Assembly: GCA_964016885.1 (NCBI GenBank)
Contig: OZ024743.1
Coordinates: 98,828,001 to 98,892,000 of the forward strand
Length of the DNA stretch: 64,000 nucleotides
DNA from: Eledone cirrhosa
Taxonomy: Eukaryota
Direction of reading: 5' to 3'
The notes beneath the pieces were generated by a model. The model did no database searches, was not told the DNA's origin, and was given only the letters and a program-made list of their open reading frames with translations. The position numbers and the translations under genes are program-made. The first letter of the stretch is position 1. Each line of letters starts with the position of its first letter. Below, piece after piece: positions 15,601 to 30,900 of the stretch.

Positions 15601-18600
15601 CTACTGCTCTACAATCTCTCCTCTTTACAGCATACATCAACTACCTTCTGCTCTACAATCTCTCCTGTTTACAGCATACATCAACTACCTTCTGCTCTAC
15701 AATCTCTCCTCTTTACAGCATACATCAACTACCTACTGCTCTACAATATCTCCCCTTTACAGCATACATCAACTACCTTCTGCTCTACAATCTCTCCTCT
15801 TTACAGCATACATCAACTACCTTCTGCTCTACAATCTCTCCTCTTTACAGCATACATCAACTACCTACTGCTCTACAATCTCTCCTCTTTACAGCATACA
15901 TCAACTACCTTCTGCTCTACAATCTCTCCTGTTTACAGCATACATCAACTACCTTCTGCTCTACAATCTCTCCTGTTTACAGCATACATCAACTACCTAC
16001 TGCTCTACAATCTCCCCTCTTTACAGCATACATCAACTACCTACTGCTCTACAATCTCTCCTCTTTACAGCATACATCAACTACCTTCTGCTCTACAATC
16101 TCTCCTGTTTACAGCATACATAAACTACCTTCTGCTCTACAATCTCTCCTCTTTACAGCATACATCAACTACCTACAGGTCTACAATCTCTCCTGTTTAC
16201 AGCTTACATCAACTAACTTCTGCTCTACAATCTCTCCTCTTTACAGCATACATCAACTACCTACTGCTCTACAATCTCTCCTGTTTACAGCATACATCAA
16301 CTACCTGCTTCTCTACAATCTCTCCTGTTTACAGCATACATCAACTACCTGCTGCTCTACAATCTCTTCTGTTTACAGCATACATCAACTACCTTCTGCT
16401 CTACAATCTCTCCTGTTTACAGCATACATCAACTATCTTCTGCTCTGCAATCTCTCCTGTTTACAGCATACATCAACTACCTGCTGCTCTACAATCTCTC
16501 CTGTTTACAGCATACATCAACTATCTTCTGCTCTACAATCTCCCCTCTTTACAGCATACATCAACTACCTACTGCTCTACAATCTCTCCTCTTTACAGCA
16601 TACATCAACTACCTTCTGCTCTACAATCTCTCCTGTTTACAGCATACATCAACTACCTTCTGCTCTACAATCTCTCCTCTTTACAGCATACATCAACTAC
16701 CTACTGGTCTACAATCTCTCCTGTTTACAGCTTACATCAACTATCTTCTGCTCTACAATCTCTCCTCTTTACAGCATACATCAACTACCTACTGCTCTAC
16801 AATCTCTCCTGTTTACAGCATACATCAACTACCTGCTTCTCTACAATCTCTCCTGTTTACAGCATACATCAACTACCTTCTGTTCTACAATCTCTCCTGT
16901 TTACAGCATACATCAACTACCTTCTGTTCTACAATCTCTTCTGTTTACAGCATACATCAACTACCTTCTGCACTACAATCTCTCCTGTTTACAGCATACA
17001 TCAACTATCTTCTGCTCTGCAATCTCTCCTGTTTACAGCATACATCAACTACCTGCTGCTCTACAATCTCTCCTGTTTACAGCATACATCAACTACCTTC
17101 TGCTCTACAATCCCCCCTCTTTACAGCATACATCAAATACCTTCTGCTCTACAATCTCTCCTCTTTACAGCATACATCAACTACCTTCTGCTCTACAATC
17201 TCTCCTCTTTACAGCATACATCAACTATCTTCTGCTCTACAATCTCCTCTGTTTACAGCATACATCAACTACCTTCTGCTCTACAATCTCTCCTGTTCAC
17301 AACATACATCAACTACCTTCTGCTCTACAACCTCTCCTGTTTACAGCATACATCAACTACCTTCTGTTCTACAATCTCTCCTCTTTACAGCATACATCAA
17401 CTACCTGCTGCTCTACAATCCCCCCTCTTTACAGCATACATCAACTACCTTCTGCTCTACAATCTCTCCTGTTTACAGCATACATCAACTAACTTCTGCT
17501 CTACAATCTCTCCTGTTTACAGCATACATCAACTACCTTCTGCTCTACGATCTCTCCTCTTTACAGCATACATCAACTACCTTCTGCTTTACAACCTCTC
17601 CTCTTTACAGCATACATCAACTAACTTCTGCTCTACAATCTCTCCTCTTTACAGAATACATCAACTACCTACTGCTCTACAATCTCTCCTGTTTACAGCA
17701 TACATCAACTATCTTCTGCTCTACAATCTCTCCTCTTTACAGCATACATCAACTACCTACTGCTCTACAATCTCTCCTCTTTACAGCATACATCAACTAC
17801 CTTCTGCTCTACAATCTCTCCTGTTTACAGCATACATCAACTACCTTCTGCTCTACAATCTCTCCTCTTTACAGCATACATCAACTACCTACTGCTCTAC
17901 AATCTCTCCTCTTTACAGCATACATCAACTACCTCCTGCTCTACAATCTCTCCTCTTTACAGCATACATCAACTACCTCCTGCTCTACAATCTCTCCTCT
18001 TTACAGCATACATCAACTACCTTCTGCTCTACAATCTCTCCTCTTTACAGCATACATCAACTACCTTCTGCTCTACAATCTCTGCTCTTTACAGCATACA
18101 TCAACTACCTTCTGCTCTACAATCTCTCCTCTTTACAGCATACATCAACTACCTCCTGCTCTACAATCTCTCCTGTTTACAGCATACATCAACTACCTTC
18201 TGCTCTACAATCTCTCCTCTTTACAGCATACATCAACTACCTACTGCTCTACAATCTCTCCTCTTTACAGCATACATCAACTACCTTCTGCTCTACAATC
18301 TCTCCTGTTTACAGCATACATCAACTTCCTTCTGCTCTACAATCTCTCCTGTTTACAGCATACATCAACTACCTACTGCTCTACAATCTCTCCTGTTTAC
18401 AGCATACATCAACTATCTTCTGCTCTACAATCTCCCCTCTTTACAGCATACATCAACTACCTACTGCTCTACAATCTCTCCTCTTTACAGCATACATCAA
18501 CTACCTTCTGCTCTACAATCTCTCCTGTTTACAGCATACATCAACTACCTTCTGCTCTACAATCTCTCCTCTTTACACCATACATCAACTACCTACTGGT
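660..18600. repeat. Large higher-order duplication with a 241- to 234-monomer offset (about 0.7-8.3 kb versus about 11.3-18.6 kb); boundaries approximate
   Basis: Rare variants recur at an offset of 10,604 = 241x44: aactAGctt 991/11595, ctactggtctaaaat 2621/13225, catacatcag 3751/14355. The offset then drops to 10,560 (tgctctccaa 5001/15561) and 10,296 (aggtctac 5881/16177), indicating whole-monomer gains or losses. Confidence 0.85.
7270..11400. repeat. Tandem duplication of a 42-monomer block containing an extra 10-monomer duplication (apparent period 52 monomers, 2,288 bp)
   Basis: ttacaacctc followed by cagaatac at 7293, 9141 and 9581 (offsets 1,848 = 42x44 and 440 = 10x44). aacttcc 8031/10319 and acaccatac 8281/10569 are offset by 2,288. 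Confidence 0.85.
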
Positions 18601-21600
18601 CTACAATCTCTCCTCTTTACAGCATACATCAACTACCTTCTGCTCTACAATCTCTCCTCTTTACAGCATACATCAACTACCTTCTGCTCTACAATCTCTC
18701 CTCTTTACAGCATACATCAACTACCTTCTGCTCTACAATCTCTCCTCTTTACAGCATACATCAACTACCTACTGCTCTACAATCTCTCCTCTTTACAGCA
18801 TACATCAACTACCTTCTGCTCTACAATCTCTCCTCTTTACAGCATACATCAACTACCTACTGCTCTACAATCTCTCCTCTTTACAGCATACATCAACTAC
18901 CTTCTGCTCTACAATCTCTCCTCTTTACAGCATACATCAACTACCTTCTGCTCTACAATCTCTCCTCTTTACAGCATACATCAACTACCTTCTGCTCTAC
19001 AATCTCTCCTCTTTACAGCATACATCAACTACCTACTGCTCTACAATCTCTCCTCTTTACAGCATACATCAACTACCTTCTGCTCTACAATCTCTCCTGT
19101 TTACAGCATACATCAACTACCTTCTGCTCTACAATCTCTCCTCTTTACAGCATACATCAACTACCTACTGCTCTACAATCTCTCCTCTTTACAGCATACA
19201 TCAACTACCTTCTGCTCTACAATCTCTCCTCTTTACAGCATACATCAACTACCTTCTGCTCTACAATCTCTCCTCTTTACAGCATACATCAACTACCTTC
19301 TGCTCTACAATCTCTCCTGTTTACAGCATACATCAACTACCTTCTGCTCTACAATCTCTCCTGTTTACAGCATACATCAACTACCTACTGCTCTACAATC
19401 TCCCCTCTTTACAGCATACATCAACTACCTACTGCTCTACAATCTCTCCTCTTTACAGCATACATCAACTACCTTCTGCTCTACAATCTCTCCTGTTTAC
19501 AGCATACATCAACTACCTTCTGCTCTACAATCTCTCCTCTTTACAGCATACATCAACTACCTACTGGTCTAAAATCTCTCCTGTTTACAGCTTACATCAA
19601 CTACCTTCTGCTCTACAATCTCTCCTCTTTACAGCATACATCAACTACCTACTGCTCTACAATCTCTCCTGTTTACAGCATACATCAACTACCTGCTTCT
19701 CTACAATCTCTCCTGTTTACAGCATACATCAACTACCTGCTGCTCTACAATCTCTTCTGTTTACAGCATACATCAACTACCTTCTGCTCTACAATCTCTC
19801 CTGTTTACAGCATACATCAACTATCTTCTGCTCTGCAATCTCTCCTGTTTACAGCATACATCAACTACCTGCTGCTCTACAATCTCTCCTGTTTACAGCA
19901 TACATCAACTATCTTCTGCTCTACAATCTCCCCTCTTTACAGCATACATCAACTACCTACTGCTCTACAATCTCTCCTCTTTACAGCATACATCAACTAC
20001 CTTCTGCTCTACAATCTCTCCTGTTTACAGCATACATCAACTACCTTCTGCTCTACAATCTCTCCTCTTTACAGCATACATCAACTACCTACTGGTCTAC
20101 AATCTCTCCTGTTTACAGCTTACATCAACTATCTTCTGCTCTACAATCTCTCCTCTTTACAGCATACATCAACTACCTACTGCTCTACAATCTCTCCTGT
20201 TTACAGCATACATCAACTACCTGCTTCTCTACAATCTCTCCTGTTTACAGCATACATCAACTACCTTCTGTTCTACAATCTCTCCTGTTTACAGCATACA
20301 TCAACTACCTTCTGTTCTACAATCTCTTCTGTTTACAGCATACATCAACTACCTTCTGCTCTACAATCTCTCCTGTTTACAGCATACATCAACTATCTTC
20401 TGCTCTGCAATCTCTCCTGTTTACAGCATACATCAACTACCTGCTGCTCTACAATCTCTCCTGTTTACAGCATACATCAACTACCTTCTGCTCTACAATC
20501 CCCCCTCTTTACAGCATACATCAAATACCTTCTGCTCTACAATCTCTCCTCTTTACAGCATACATCAACTACCTTCTGCTCTACAATCTCTCCTCTTTAC
20601 AGCATACATCAACTATCTTCTGCTCTACAATCTCCTCTGTTTACAGCATACATCAACTACCTTCTGCTCTACAATCTCTCCTGTTTACAACATACATCAG
20701 CTACCTTCTGCTCTACAACCTCTCCTGTTTACAGCATAGATCAACTACCTTCTGTTCTACAATCTCTCCTCTTTACAGCATACATCAACTACCTGCTGCT
20801 CTACAATCCCCCCTCTTTACAGCATACATTAACTACCTTCTGCTCTACAATCTCTCCTGTTTACAGCATACATCAACTAACTTCTGCTCTACAATCTCTC
20901 CTGTTTACAGCATACATCAACTACCTTCTGCTTTACAACCTCTCCTCTTTACAGCATACATCAACTAACTTCTGCTCTACAATCTCTCCTCTTTACAGAA
21001 TACATCAACTACCTACTGCTCTACAATCTCTCCTGTTTACAGCATACATCAACTATCTTCTGCTCTACAATCTCTCCTCTTTACAGCATACATCAACTAC
21101 CTACTGCTCTACAATCTCGCCTCTTTACAGCATACATCAACTACCTTCTGCTCTACAATCTCTCCTGTTTACAGCATACATCAACTACCTTCTGCTCTAC
21201 AATCTCTCCTCTTTACAGCATACATCAACTACCTACTGCTCTACAATCTCTCCTCTTTACAGCATACATCAACTACCTTCTGCTCTACAATCTCTCCTCT
21301 TTACAGCATACATCAACTACCTACTGCTCTACAATCTCTCCTCTTTACAGCATACATCAACTACCTCCTGCTCTACAATCTCTCCTCTTTACAGCATACA
21401 TCAACTACCTCCTGCTCTACAATCTCTCCTCTTTACAGCATACATCAACTACCTACTGCTCTACAATCTCTCCTCTTTACAGCATACATCAACTACCTCC
21501 TGCTCTACAATCTCTCCTCTTTACAGCATACATCAACTACCTTCTGCTCTACAATCTCTCCTCTTTACAGCATACATCAACTACCTACTGCTCTACAATC

Positions 21601-24600
21601 TCTCCTCTTTACAGCATACATCAACTACCTCCTGCTCTACAATCTCTCCTCTTTACAGCATACATCAACTACCTACTGCTCTACAATCTCTCCTCTTTAC
21701 AGCATACATCAACTACCTACTGCTCTACAATCTCTCCTCTTTACAGCATACATCAACTACCTTCTGCTCTACAATCTCTCCTCTTTACAGCATACATCAA
21801 CTACCTTCTGCTCTACAATCTCTCCTCTTTACAGCATACATCAACTACCTCCTGCTCTACAATCTCTCCTGTTTACAGCATACATCAACTACCTTCTGCT
21901 CTCCAATCTCTCCTCTTTACAGCATACATCAACTACCTACTGCTCTACAATCTCTCCTCTTTACAGCATACATCAACTACCTTCTGCTCTACAATCTCTC
22001 CTGTTTACAGCATACATCAACTACCTTCTGCTCTACAATCTCTCCTCTTTACAGCATACATCAACTACCTACTGCTCTACAATATCTCCCCTTTACAGCA
22101 TACATCAACTACCTTCTGCTCTACAATCTCTCCTCTTTACAGCATACATCAACTACCTTCTGCTCTACAATCTCTCCTCTTTACAGCATACATCAACTAC
22201 CTACTGCTCTACAATCTCTCCTCTTTACAGCATACATCAACTACCTTCTGCTCTACAATCTCTCCTGTTTACAGCATACATCAACTACCTTCTGCTCTAC
22301 AATCTCTCCTGTTTACAGCATACATCAACTACCTACTGCTCTACAATCTCCCCTCTTTACAGCATACATCAACTACCTACTGCTCTACAATCTCTCCTCT
22401 TTACAGCATACATCAACTACCTTCTGCTCTACAATCTCTCCTGTTTACAGCATACATAAACTACCTTCTGCTCTACAATCTCTCCTCTTTACAGCATACA
22501 TCAACTACCTACAGGTCTACAATCTCTCCTGTTTACAGCTTACATCAACTAACTTCTGCTCTACAATCTCTCCTCTTTACAGCATACATCAACTACCTAC
22601 TGCTCTACAATCTCTCCTGTTTACAGCATACATCAACTACCTGCTTCTCTACAATCTCTCCTGTTTACAGCATACATCAACTACCTGCTGCTCTACAATC
22701 TCTTCTGTTTACAGCATACATCAACTACCTTCTGCTCTACAATCTCTCCTGTTTACAGCATACATCAACTATCTTCTGCTCTGCAATCTCTCCTGTTTAC
22801 AGCATACATCAACTACCTGCTGCTCTACAATCTCTCCTGTTTACAGCATACATCAACTATCTTCTGCTCTACAATCTCCCCTCTTTACAGCATACATCAA
22901 CTACCTACTGCTCTACAATCTCTCCTCTTTACAGCATACATCAACTACCTTCTGCTCTACAATCTCTCCTGTTTACAGCATACATCAACTACCTTCTGCT
23001 CTACAATCTCTCCTCTTTACAGCATACATCAACTACCTACTGGTCTACAATCTCTCCTGTTTACAGCTTACATCAACTATCTTCTGCTCTACAATCTCTC
23101 CTCTTTACAGCATACATCAACTACCTACTGCTCTACAATCTCTCCTGTTTACAGCATACATCAACTACCTGCTTCTCTACAATCTCTCCTGTTTACAGCA
23201 TACATCAACTACCTTCTGTTCTACAATCTCTCCTGTTTACAGCATACATCAACTACCTTCTGTTCTACAATCTCTTCTGTTTACAGCATACATCAACTAC
23301 CTTCTGCACTACAATCTCTCCTGTTTACAGCATACATCAACTATCTTCTGCTCTGCAATCTCTCCTGTTTACAGCATACATCAACTACCTGCTGCTCTAC
23401 AATCTCTCCTGTTTACAGCATACATCAACTACCTTCTGCTCTACAATCCCCCCTCTTTACAGCATACATCAAATACCTTCTGCTCTACAATCTCTCCTCT
23501 TTACAGCATACATCAACTACCTTCTGCTCTACAATCTCTCCTCTTTACAGCATACATCAACTATCTTCTGCTCTACAATCTCCTCTGTTTACAGCATACA
23601 TCAACTACCTTCTGCTCTACAATCTCTCCTGTTCACAACATACATCAACTACCTTCTGCTCTACAACCTCTCCTGTTTACAGCATACATCAACTACCTTC
23701 TGTTCTACAATCTCTCCTCTTTACAGCATACATCAACTACCTGCTGCTCTACAATCCCCCCTCTTTACAGCATACATCAACTACCTTCTGCTCTACAATC
23801 TCTCCTGTTTACAGCATACATCAACTAACTTCTGCTCTACAATCTCTCCTGTTTACAGCATACATCAACTACCTTCTGCTCTACGATCTCTCCTCTTTAC
23901 AGCATACATCAACTACCTTCTGCTTTACAACCTCTCCTCTTTACAGCATACATCAACTAACTTCTGCTCTACAATCTCTCCTCTTTACAGAATACATCAA
24001 CTACCTACTGCTCTACAATCTCTCCTGTTTACAGCATACATCAACTATCTTCTGCTCTACAATCTCTCCTCTTTACAGCATACATCAACTACCTACTGCT
24101 CTACAATCTCTCCTCTTTACAGCATACATCAACTACCTTCTGCTCTACAATCTCTCCTGTTTACAGCATACATCAACTACCTTCTGCTCTACAATCTCTC
24201 CTCTTTACAGCATACATCAACTACCTACTGCTCTACAATCTCTCCTCTTTACAGCATACATCAACTACCTCCTGCTCTACAATCTCTCCTCTTTACAGCA
24301 TACATCAACTACCTCCTGCTCTACAATCTCTCCTCTTTACAGCATACATCAACTACCTTCTGCTCTACAATCTCTCCTCTTTACAGCATACATCAACTAC
24401 CTTCTGCTCTACAATCTCTGCTCTTTACAGCATACATCAACTACCTTCTGCTCTACAATCTCTCCTCTTTACAGCATACATCAACTACCTCCTGCTCTAC
24501 AATCTCTCCTGTTTACAGCATACATCAACTACCTTCTGCTCTACAATCTCTCCTCTTTACAGCATACATCAACTACCTACTGCTCTACAATCTCTCCTCT

Positions 24601-24950
24601 TTACAGCATACATCAACTACCTTCTGCTCTACAATCTCTCCTGTTTACAGCATACATCAACTTCCTTCTGCTCTACAATCTCTCCTGTTTACAGCATACA
24701 TCAACTACCTACTGCTCTACAATCTCTCCTGTTTACAGCATACATCAACTATCTTCTGCTCTACAATCTCCCCTCTTTACAGCATACATCAACTACCTAC
24801 TGCTCTACAATCTCTCCTCTTTACAGCATACATCAACTACCTTCTGCTCTACAATCTCTCCTGTTTACAGCATACATCAACTACCTTCTGCTCTACAATC
24901 TCTCCTCTTTACACCATACATCAACTACCTACTGGTCTACAATCTCTCCT
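12265..24950. repeat. Near-identical tandem duplication of 144 monomers (6,336 bp), junction near 18,600
   Basis: Markers offset by exactly 6,336: ggtctaaaat 13225/19561, catacatcag 14355/20691, aggtctac 16177/22513, aatctctgct 18081/24417. Private variants tctcgcc (about 14781/21117) and aatatctcccc (about 15745/22081) are also shared. Confidence 0.92.
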
Positions 24951-27900
24951 GTTTACAGCTTACATCAACTATCTTCTGCTCTACAATCTCTCCTCTTTAC
25001 AGCATACATCAACTACCTACTGCTCTACAATCTCTCCTGTTTACAGCATACATCAACTATCATCTGCTCTACAATCTCTCCTGTTTACAGCATACATCAA
25101 CTACCTACTGCTCTACAATCTCTCCTGTTTACAGCATACATCAACTATCTTCTGCTCTACAATCTCGCCTGTTTACAGCATACATCAACTACCTTCTGCT
25201 CTACAATCTCTCCTCTTTACAGCATACATCAACTACCTTCTGCTCTACAATCTCTCCTGTTTACAGCTTACATCAACTACCTTCTGCTCTACAATCTCTC
25301 CTCTTTACAGCATACATCAACTACCTACTGCTCTACAATCTCTCCTGTTTACAGCATACATCAACTATCTTCTGCTCTACAATCTCTCCTCTTTACAGCA
25401 TACATCAACTACCTACTGCTCTACAATCTCTCCTGTTTACAGCATACATCAACTATCTTCTGCTCTACAATCTCTCCTGTTTACAGCATACATCAACTAC
25501 CTTCTGCTCTACAATCTCTCCTCTTTACAGCATACATCATCTACCTTCTGCTGTACAATCTCTCCTTTTTACAGCATACATCAACTACCTTCTGCTCTAC
25601 AATCTCTCCTCTTTACAGCATACATCAACTACCTACTGCTCTACAATCTCTCCTGTTTACAGCATACATCAACAATCTTCTGCTCTACAATCTCTCCTGT
25701 TTACAGCATACATCAACTACCTACTGCTCTACAATCTCTCCTGTTTACAGCATACATCAACTATCTTCTGCTCTACAATCTCTCCTGTTTACAGCATACA
25801 TCAACTACCTTCTGCTCTACAATCTCTCCTCTTTACAGCATACATCAACTACCTTCTGCTCTACAATCTCTCCTGTTTACAGCATACATCAACTACCTTC
25901 TGCTGTACAATCTCTCCTCTTTACAGCATACATCAACTACCTACTGCTCTACAATCTCTCCTGTTTACAGCATACATCAACTATCTTCTGCTCTACAATC
26001 TCTCCTCTTTACAGCATACATCAACTATCTTCTGCTCTACAATCTCTCCTGTTTACAGCATACATCAACTACCTTCTGCTCTACAATCTCTCCTCTTTAC
26101 AGCATACATCAACTACCTTCTGCTCTAAAATCTCTTCTGTTTACAGCATACATCAACTACCTTCTGCTCTACAATCTCTCCTCTTTACAGCATACATCAA
26201 CTATTTACTGCTCTACAATCTCTCCTCTTTACAGCATACATCAACTATCTTCTGCTCTACAATCTCTCCTCTTTACAACATACATCAACTACCTCCTGCT
26301 CTACAATCTCTCCTGTTTACAACATATATCAACTATCTTCTGCTCTACAATCGTTCCTGTTTACAGCATACATCAACTACCTTCGGCTCTACAATCTCTC
26401 CTGTTTACAGCATACATCAACTACCTTCTGCTCTACAATCTCTCCTCTTTACAGCATACATCAACTACCTCCTGCTCTACAATCTCTCCTGTTTACAACA
26501 TACATCAACTACCTTCTGCTCTACAATCTCTCCTCTTTACAGCATACATCAACTACCTCCTGCTCTACAATCTCTCCTGTTTACAACATACATCAACTAC
26601 CTTCTGCTCTACAATCTCTCCTGTTTACAGCATACATCAACTACCTCCTGCTCTACAATCTCTCCTGTTTACAACATACATCAACTACCTTCTGCCCTAC
26701 AATCTCTCCTGTTTACAGCATACATCAACTACCTTCTGCTCTACAATCTCTCCTCTTTACAGCATACATCAACTACCTTCTGCTCTACAACCTCTCCTGT
26801 TTACAGCATACATCAACTACCTTCTGCTCTACAATCTCTCCTCTTTACAGCATACATCAACTACCTCCTGCTCTACAATCTCTCCTGTTTACAACATACA
26901 TCAACTACCTTCTGCTCTACAATCTCTCCTGTTTACAGCATACATCAACTACCTTCTGCTCTACAATCTCTCCTCTTTACAGCATACATCAACTACCTAC
27001 TGCTCTACAATATCTCCTCTTTACAGCATACATCAACTACCTTCTGCTCTACAATCTCTCCTCTTTACAGCATACATCAACTACCTTCTGCTCTACAATC
27101 TCTCCTCTTTACAGCATACATCAACTACCTACTGCTCTACAATCTCTCCTCTTTACAGCATACATCAACTACCTTCTGCTCTACAATCTCTCCTGTTTAC
27201 AGCATACATCAACTACCTTCTGCTCTACAATCTCTCCTGTTTACAGCATACATCAACTACCTACTGCTCTACAATCTCCCCTCTTTACAGCATACATCAA
27301 CTACCTACTGCTCTACAATCTCTCCTCTTTACAGCATACATCAACTACCTTCTGCTCTACAATCTCTCCTGTTTACAGCATACATAAACTACCTTCTGCT
27401 CTACAATCTCTCCTCTTTACAGCATACATCAACTACCTACAGGTCTACAATCTCTCCTGTTTACAGCTTACATCAACTATCTTCTGCTCTACAATCTCTC
27501 CTCTTTACAGCATACATCAACTACCTACTGCTCTACAATCTCTCCTGTTTACAGCATACATCAACTACCTGCTTCTCTACAATCTCTCCTGTTTACAGCA
27601 TACATCAACTACCTGCTGCTCTACAATCTCTTCTGTTTACAGCATACATCAACTACCTTCTGCTCTACAATCTCTCCTGTTTACAGCATACATCAACTAT
27701 CTTCTGCTCTGCAATCTCTCCTGTTTACAGCATACATCAACTACCTGCTGCTCTACAATCTCTCCTGTTTACAGCATACATCAACTATCTTCTGCTCTAC
27801 AATCTCCCCTCTTTACAGCATACATCAACTACCTACTGCTCTACAATCTCTCCTCTTTACAGCATACATCAACTACCTTCTGCTCTACAATCTCTCCTGT

Positions 27901-30900
27901 TTACAGCATACATCAACTACCTTCTGCTCTACAATCTCTCCTCTTTACAGCATACATCAACTACCTACTGGTCTACAATCTCTCCTGTTTACAGCTTACA
28001 TCAACTATCTTCTGCTCTACAATCTCTCCTCTTTACAGCATACATCAACTACCTACTGCTCTACAATCTCTCCTGTTTACAGCATACATCAACTACCTGC
28101 TTCTCTACAATCTCTCCTGTTTACAGCATACATCAACTACCTTCTGTTCTACAATCTCTCCTGTTTACAGCATACATCAACTACCTTCTGTTCTACAATC
28201 TCTTCTGTTTACAGCATACATCAACTACCTTCTGCACTACAATCTCTCCTGTTTACAGCATACATCAACTATCTTCTGCTCTGCAATCTCTCCTGTTTAC
28301 AGCATACATCAACTACCTGCTGCTCTACAATCTCTCCTGTTTACAGCATACATCAACTACCTTCTGCTCTACAATCCCCCCTCTTTACAGCATACATCAA
28401 ATACCTTCTGCTCTACAATCTCTCCTCTTTACAGCATACATCAACTACCTTCTGCTCTACAATCTCTCCTCTTTACAGCATACATCAACTATCTTCTGCT
28501 CTACAATCTCCTCTGTTTACAGCATACATCAACTACCTTCTGCTCTACAATCTCTCCTGTTCACAACATACATCAACTACCTTCTGCTCTACAACCTCTC
28601 CTGTTTACAGCATACATCAACTACCTTCTGTTCTACAATCTCTCCTCTTTACAGCATACATCAACTACCTGCTGCTCTACAATCCCCCCTCTTTACAGCA
28701 TACATCAACTACCTTCTGCTCTACAATCTCTCCTGTTTACAGCATACATCAACTAACTTCTGCTCTACAATCTCTCCTGTTTACAGCATACATCAACTAC
28801 CTTCTGCTCTACGATCTCTCCTCTTTACAGCATACATCAACTACCTTCTGCTTTACAACCTCTCCTCTTTACAGCATACATCAACTAACTTCTGCTCTAC
28901 AATCTCTCCTCTTTACAGAATACATCAACTACCTACTGCTCTACAATCTCTCCTGTTTACAGCATACATCAACTATCTTCTGCTCTACAATCTCTCCTCT
29001 TTACAGCATACATCAACTACCTACTGCTCTACAATCTCTCCTGTTTACAGCATACATCAACTACCTGCTGCTCTACAATCTCTCCTCTTTACAGCATACA
29101 TCAACTACCTACTGCTCTACAATCTCTCCTCTTTACAGCATACATCAACTACCTCCTGCTCTACAATCTCTCCTCTTTACAGCATACATCAACTACCTCC
29201 TGCTCTACAATCTCTCCTCTTTACAGCATACATCAACTACCTTCTGCTCTACAATCTCTCCTCTTTACAGCATACATCAACTACCTACTGCTCTACAATC
29301 TCTCCTCTTTACAGCATACATCAACTACCTTCTGCTCTACAATCTCTCCTCTTTACAGCATACATCAACTACCTTCTGCTCTACAATCTCTCCTCTTTAC
29401 AGCATACATCAACTACCTCCTGCTCTACAATCTCTCCTGTTTACAGCATACATCAACTACCTTCTGCTCTACAATCTCTCCTCTTTACAGCATACATCAA
29501 CTACCTACTGCTCTACAATCTCTCCTCTTTACAGCATACATCAACTACCTTCTGCTCTACAATCTCTCCTGTTTACAGCATACATCAACTTCCTTCTGCT
29601 CTACAATCTCTCCTGTTTACAGCATACATCAACTACCTACTGCTCTACAATCTCTCCTGTTTACAGCATACATCAACTATCTTCTGCTCTACAATCTCCC
29701 CTCTTTACAGCATACATCAACTACCTACTGCTCTACAATCTCTCCTCTTTACAGCATACATCAACTACCTTCTGCTCTACAATCTCTCCTGTTTACAGCA
29801 TACATCAACTACCTTCTGCTCTACAATCTCTCCTCTTTACACCATACATCAACTACCTACTGGTCTACAATCTCTCCTGTTTACAGCTTACATCAACTAT
29901 CTTCTGCTCTACAATCTCTCCTCTTTACAGCATACATCAACTACCTACTGCTCTACAATCTCTCCTGTTTACAGCATACATCAACTATCATCTGCTCTAC
30001 AATCTCTCCTGTTTACAGCATACATCAACTACATACTGCTCTACAATCTCTCCTGTTTACAGCATACATCAACTATCTTCTGCTCTACAATCTCTCCTGT
30101 TTACAGCATACATCAACTACCTTCTGCTCTACAATCTCTCCTCTTTACAGCATACATCAACTACCTTCTGCTCTACAATCTCTCCTGTTTACAGCTTACA
30201 TCAACTACCCTCTGCTTTACAATCTCTCCTCTTTACAGCATACATCAACTACCTACTGCTCTACAATCTCTCCTGTTTACAGCATACATCAACTATCTTC
30301 TGCTCTACAATCTCTCCTCTTTACAGCATACATCAACTACCTACTGCTCTACAATCTCTCCTGTTTACAGCATACATCAACTATCTTCTGCTCTACAATC
30401 TCTCCTCTTTACAGCATACATCAACTACCTGCTGCTCTACAATCCCCCCTCTTTACAGCATACATCAACTACCTTCTGCTCTACAATCTCTCCTGTTTAC
30501 AGCATACATCAACTAACTTCTGCTCTACAATCTCTCCTGTTTACAGCATACATCAACTACCTTCTGCTCTACGATCTCTCCTCTTTACAGCATACATCAA
30601 CTACCTTCTGCTTTACAACCTCTCCTCTTTACAGCATACATCAACTAACTTCTGCTCTACAATCTCTCCTCTTTACAGAATACATCAACTACCTACTGCT
30701 CTACAATCTCTCCTGTTTACAGCATACATCAACTATCTTCTGCTCTACAATCTCTCCTCTTTACAGCATACATCAACTACCTACTGCTCTACAATCTCTC
30801 CTCTTTACAGCATACATCAACTACCTTCTGCTCTACAATCTCTCCTGTTTACAGCATACATCAACTACCTTCTGCTCTACAATCTCTCCTCTTTACAGCA

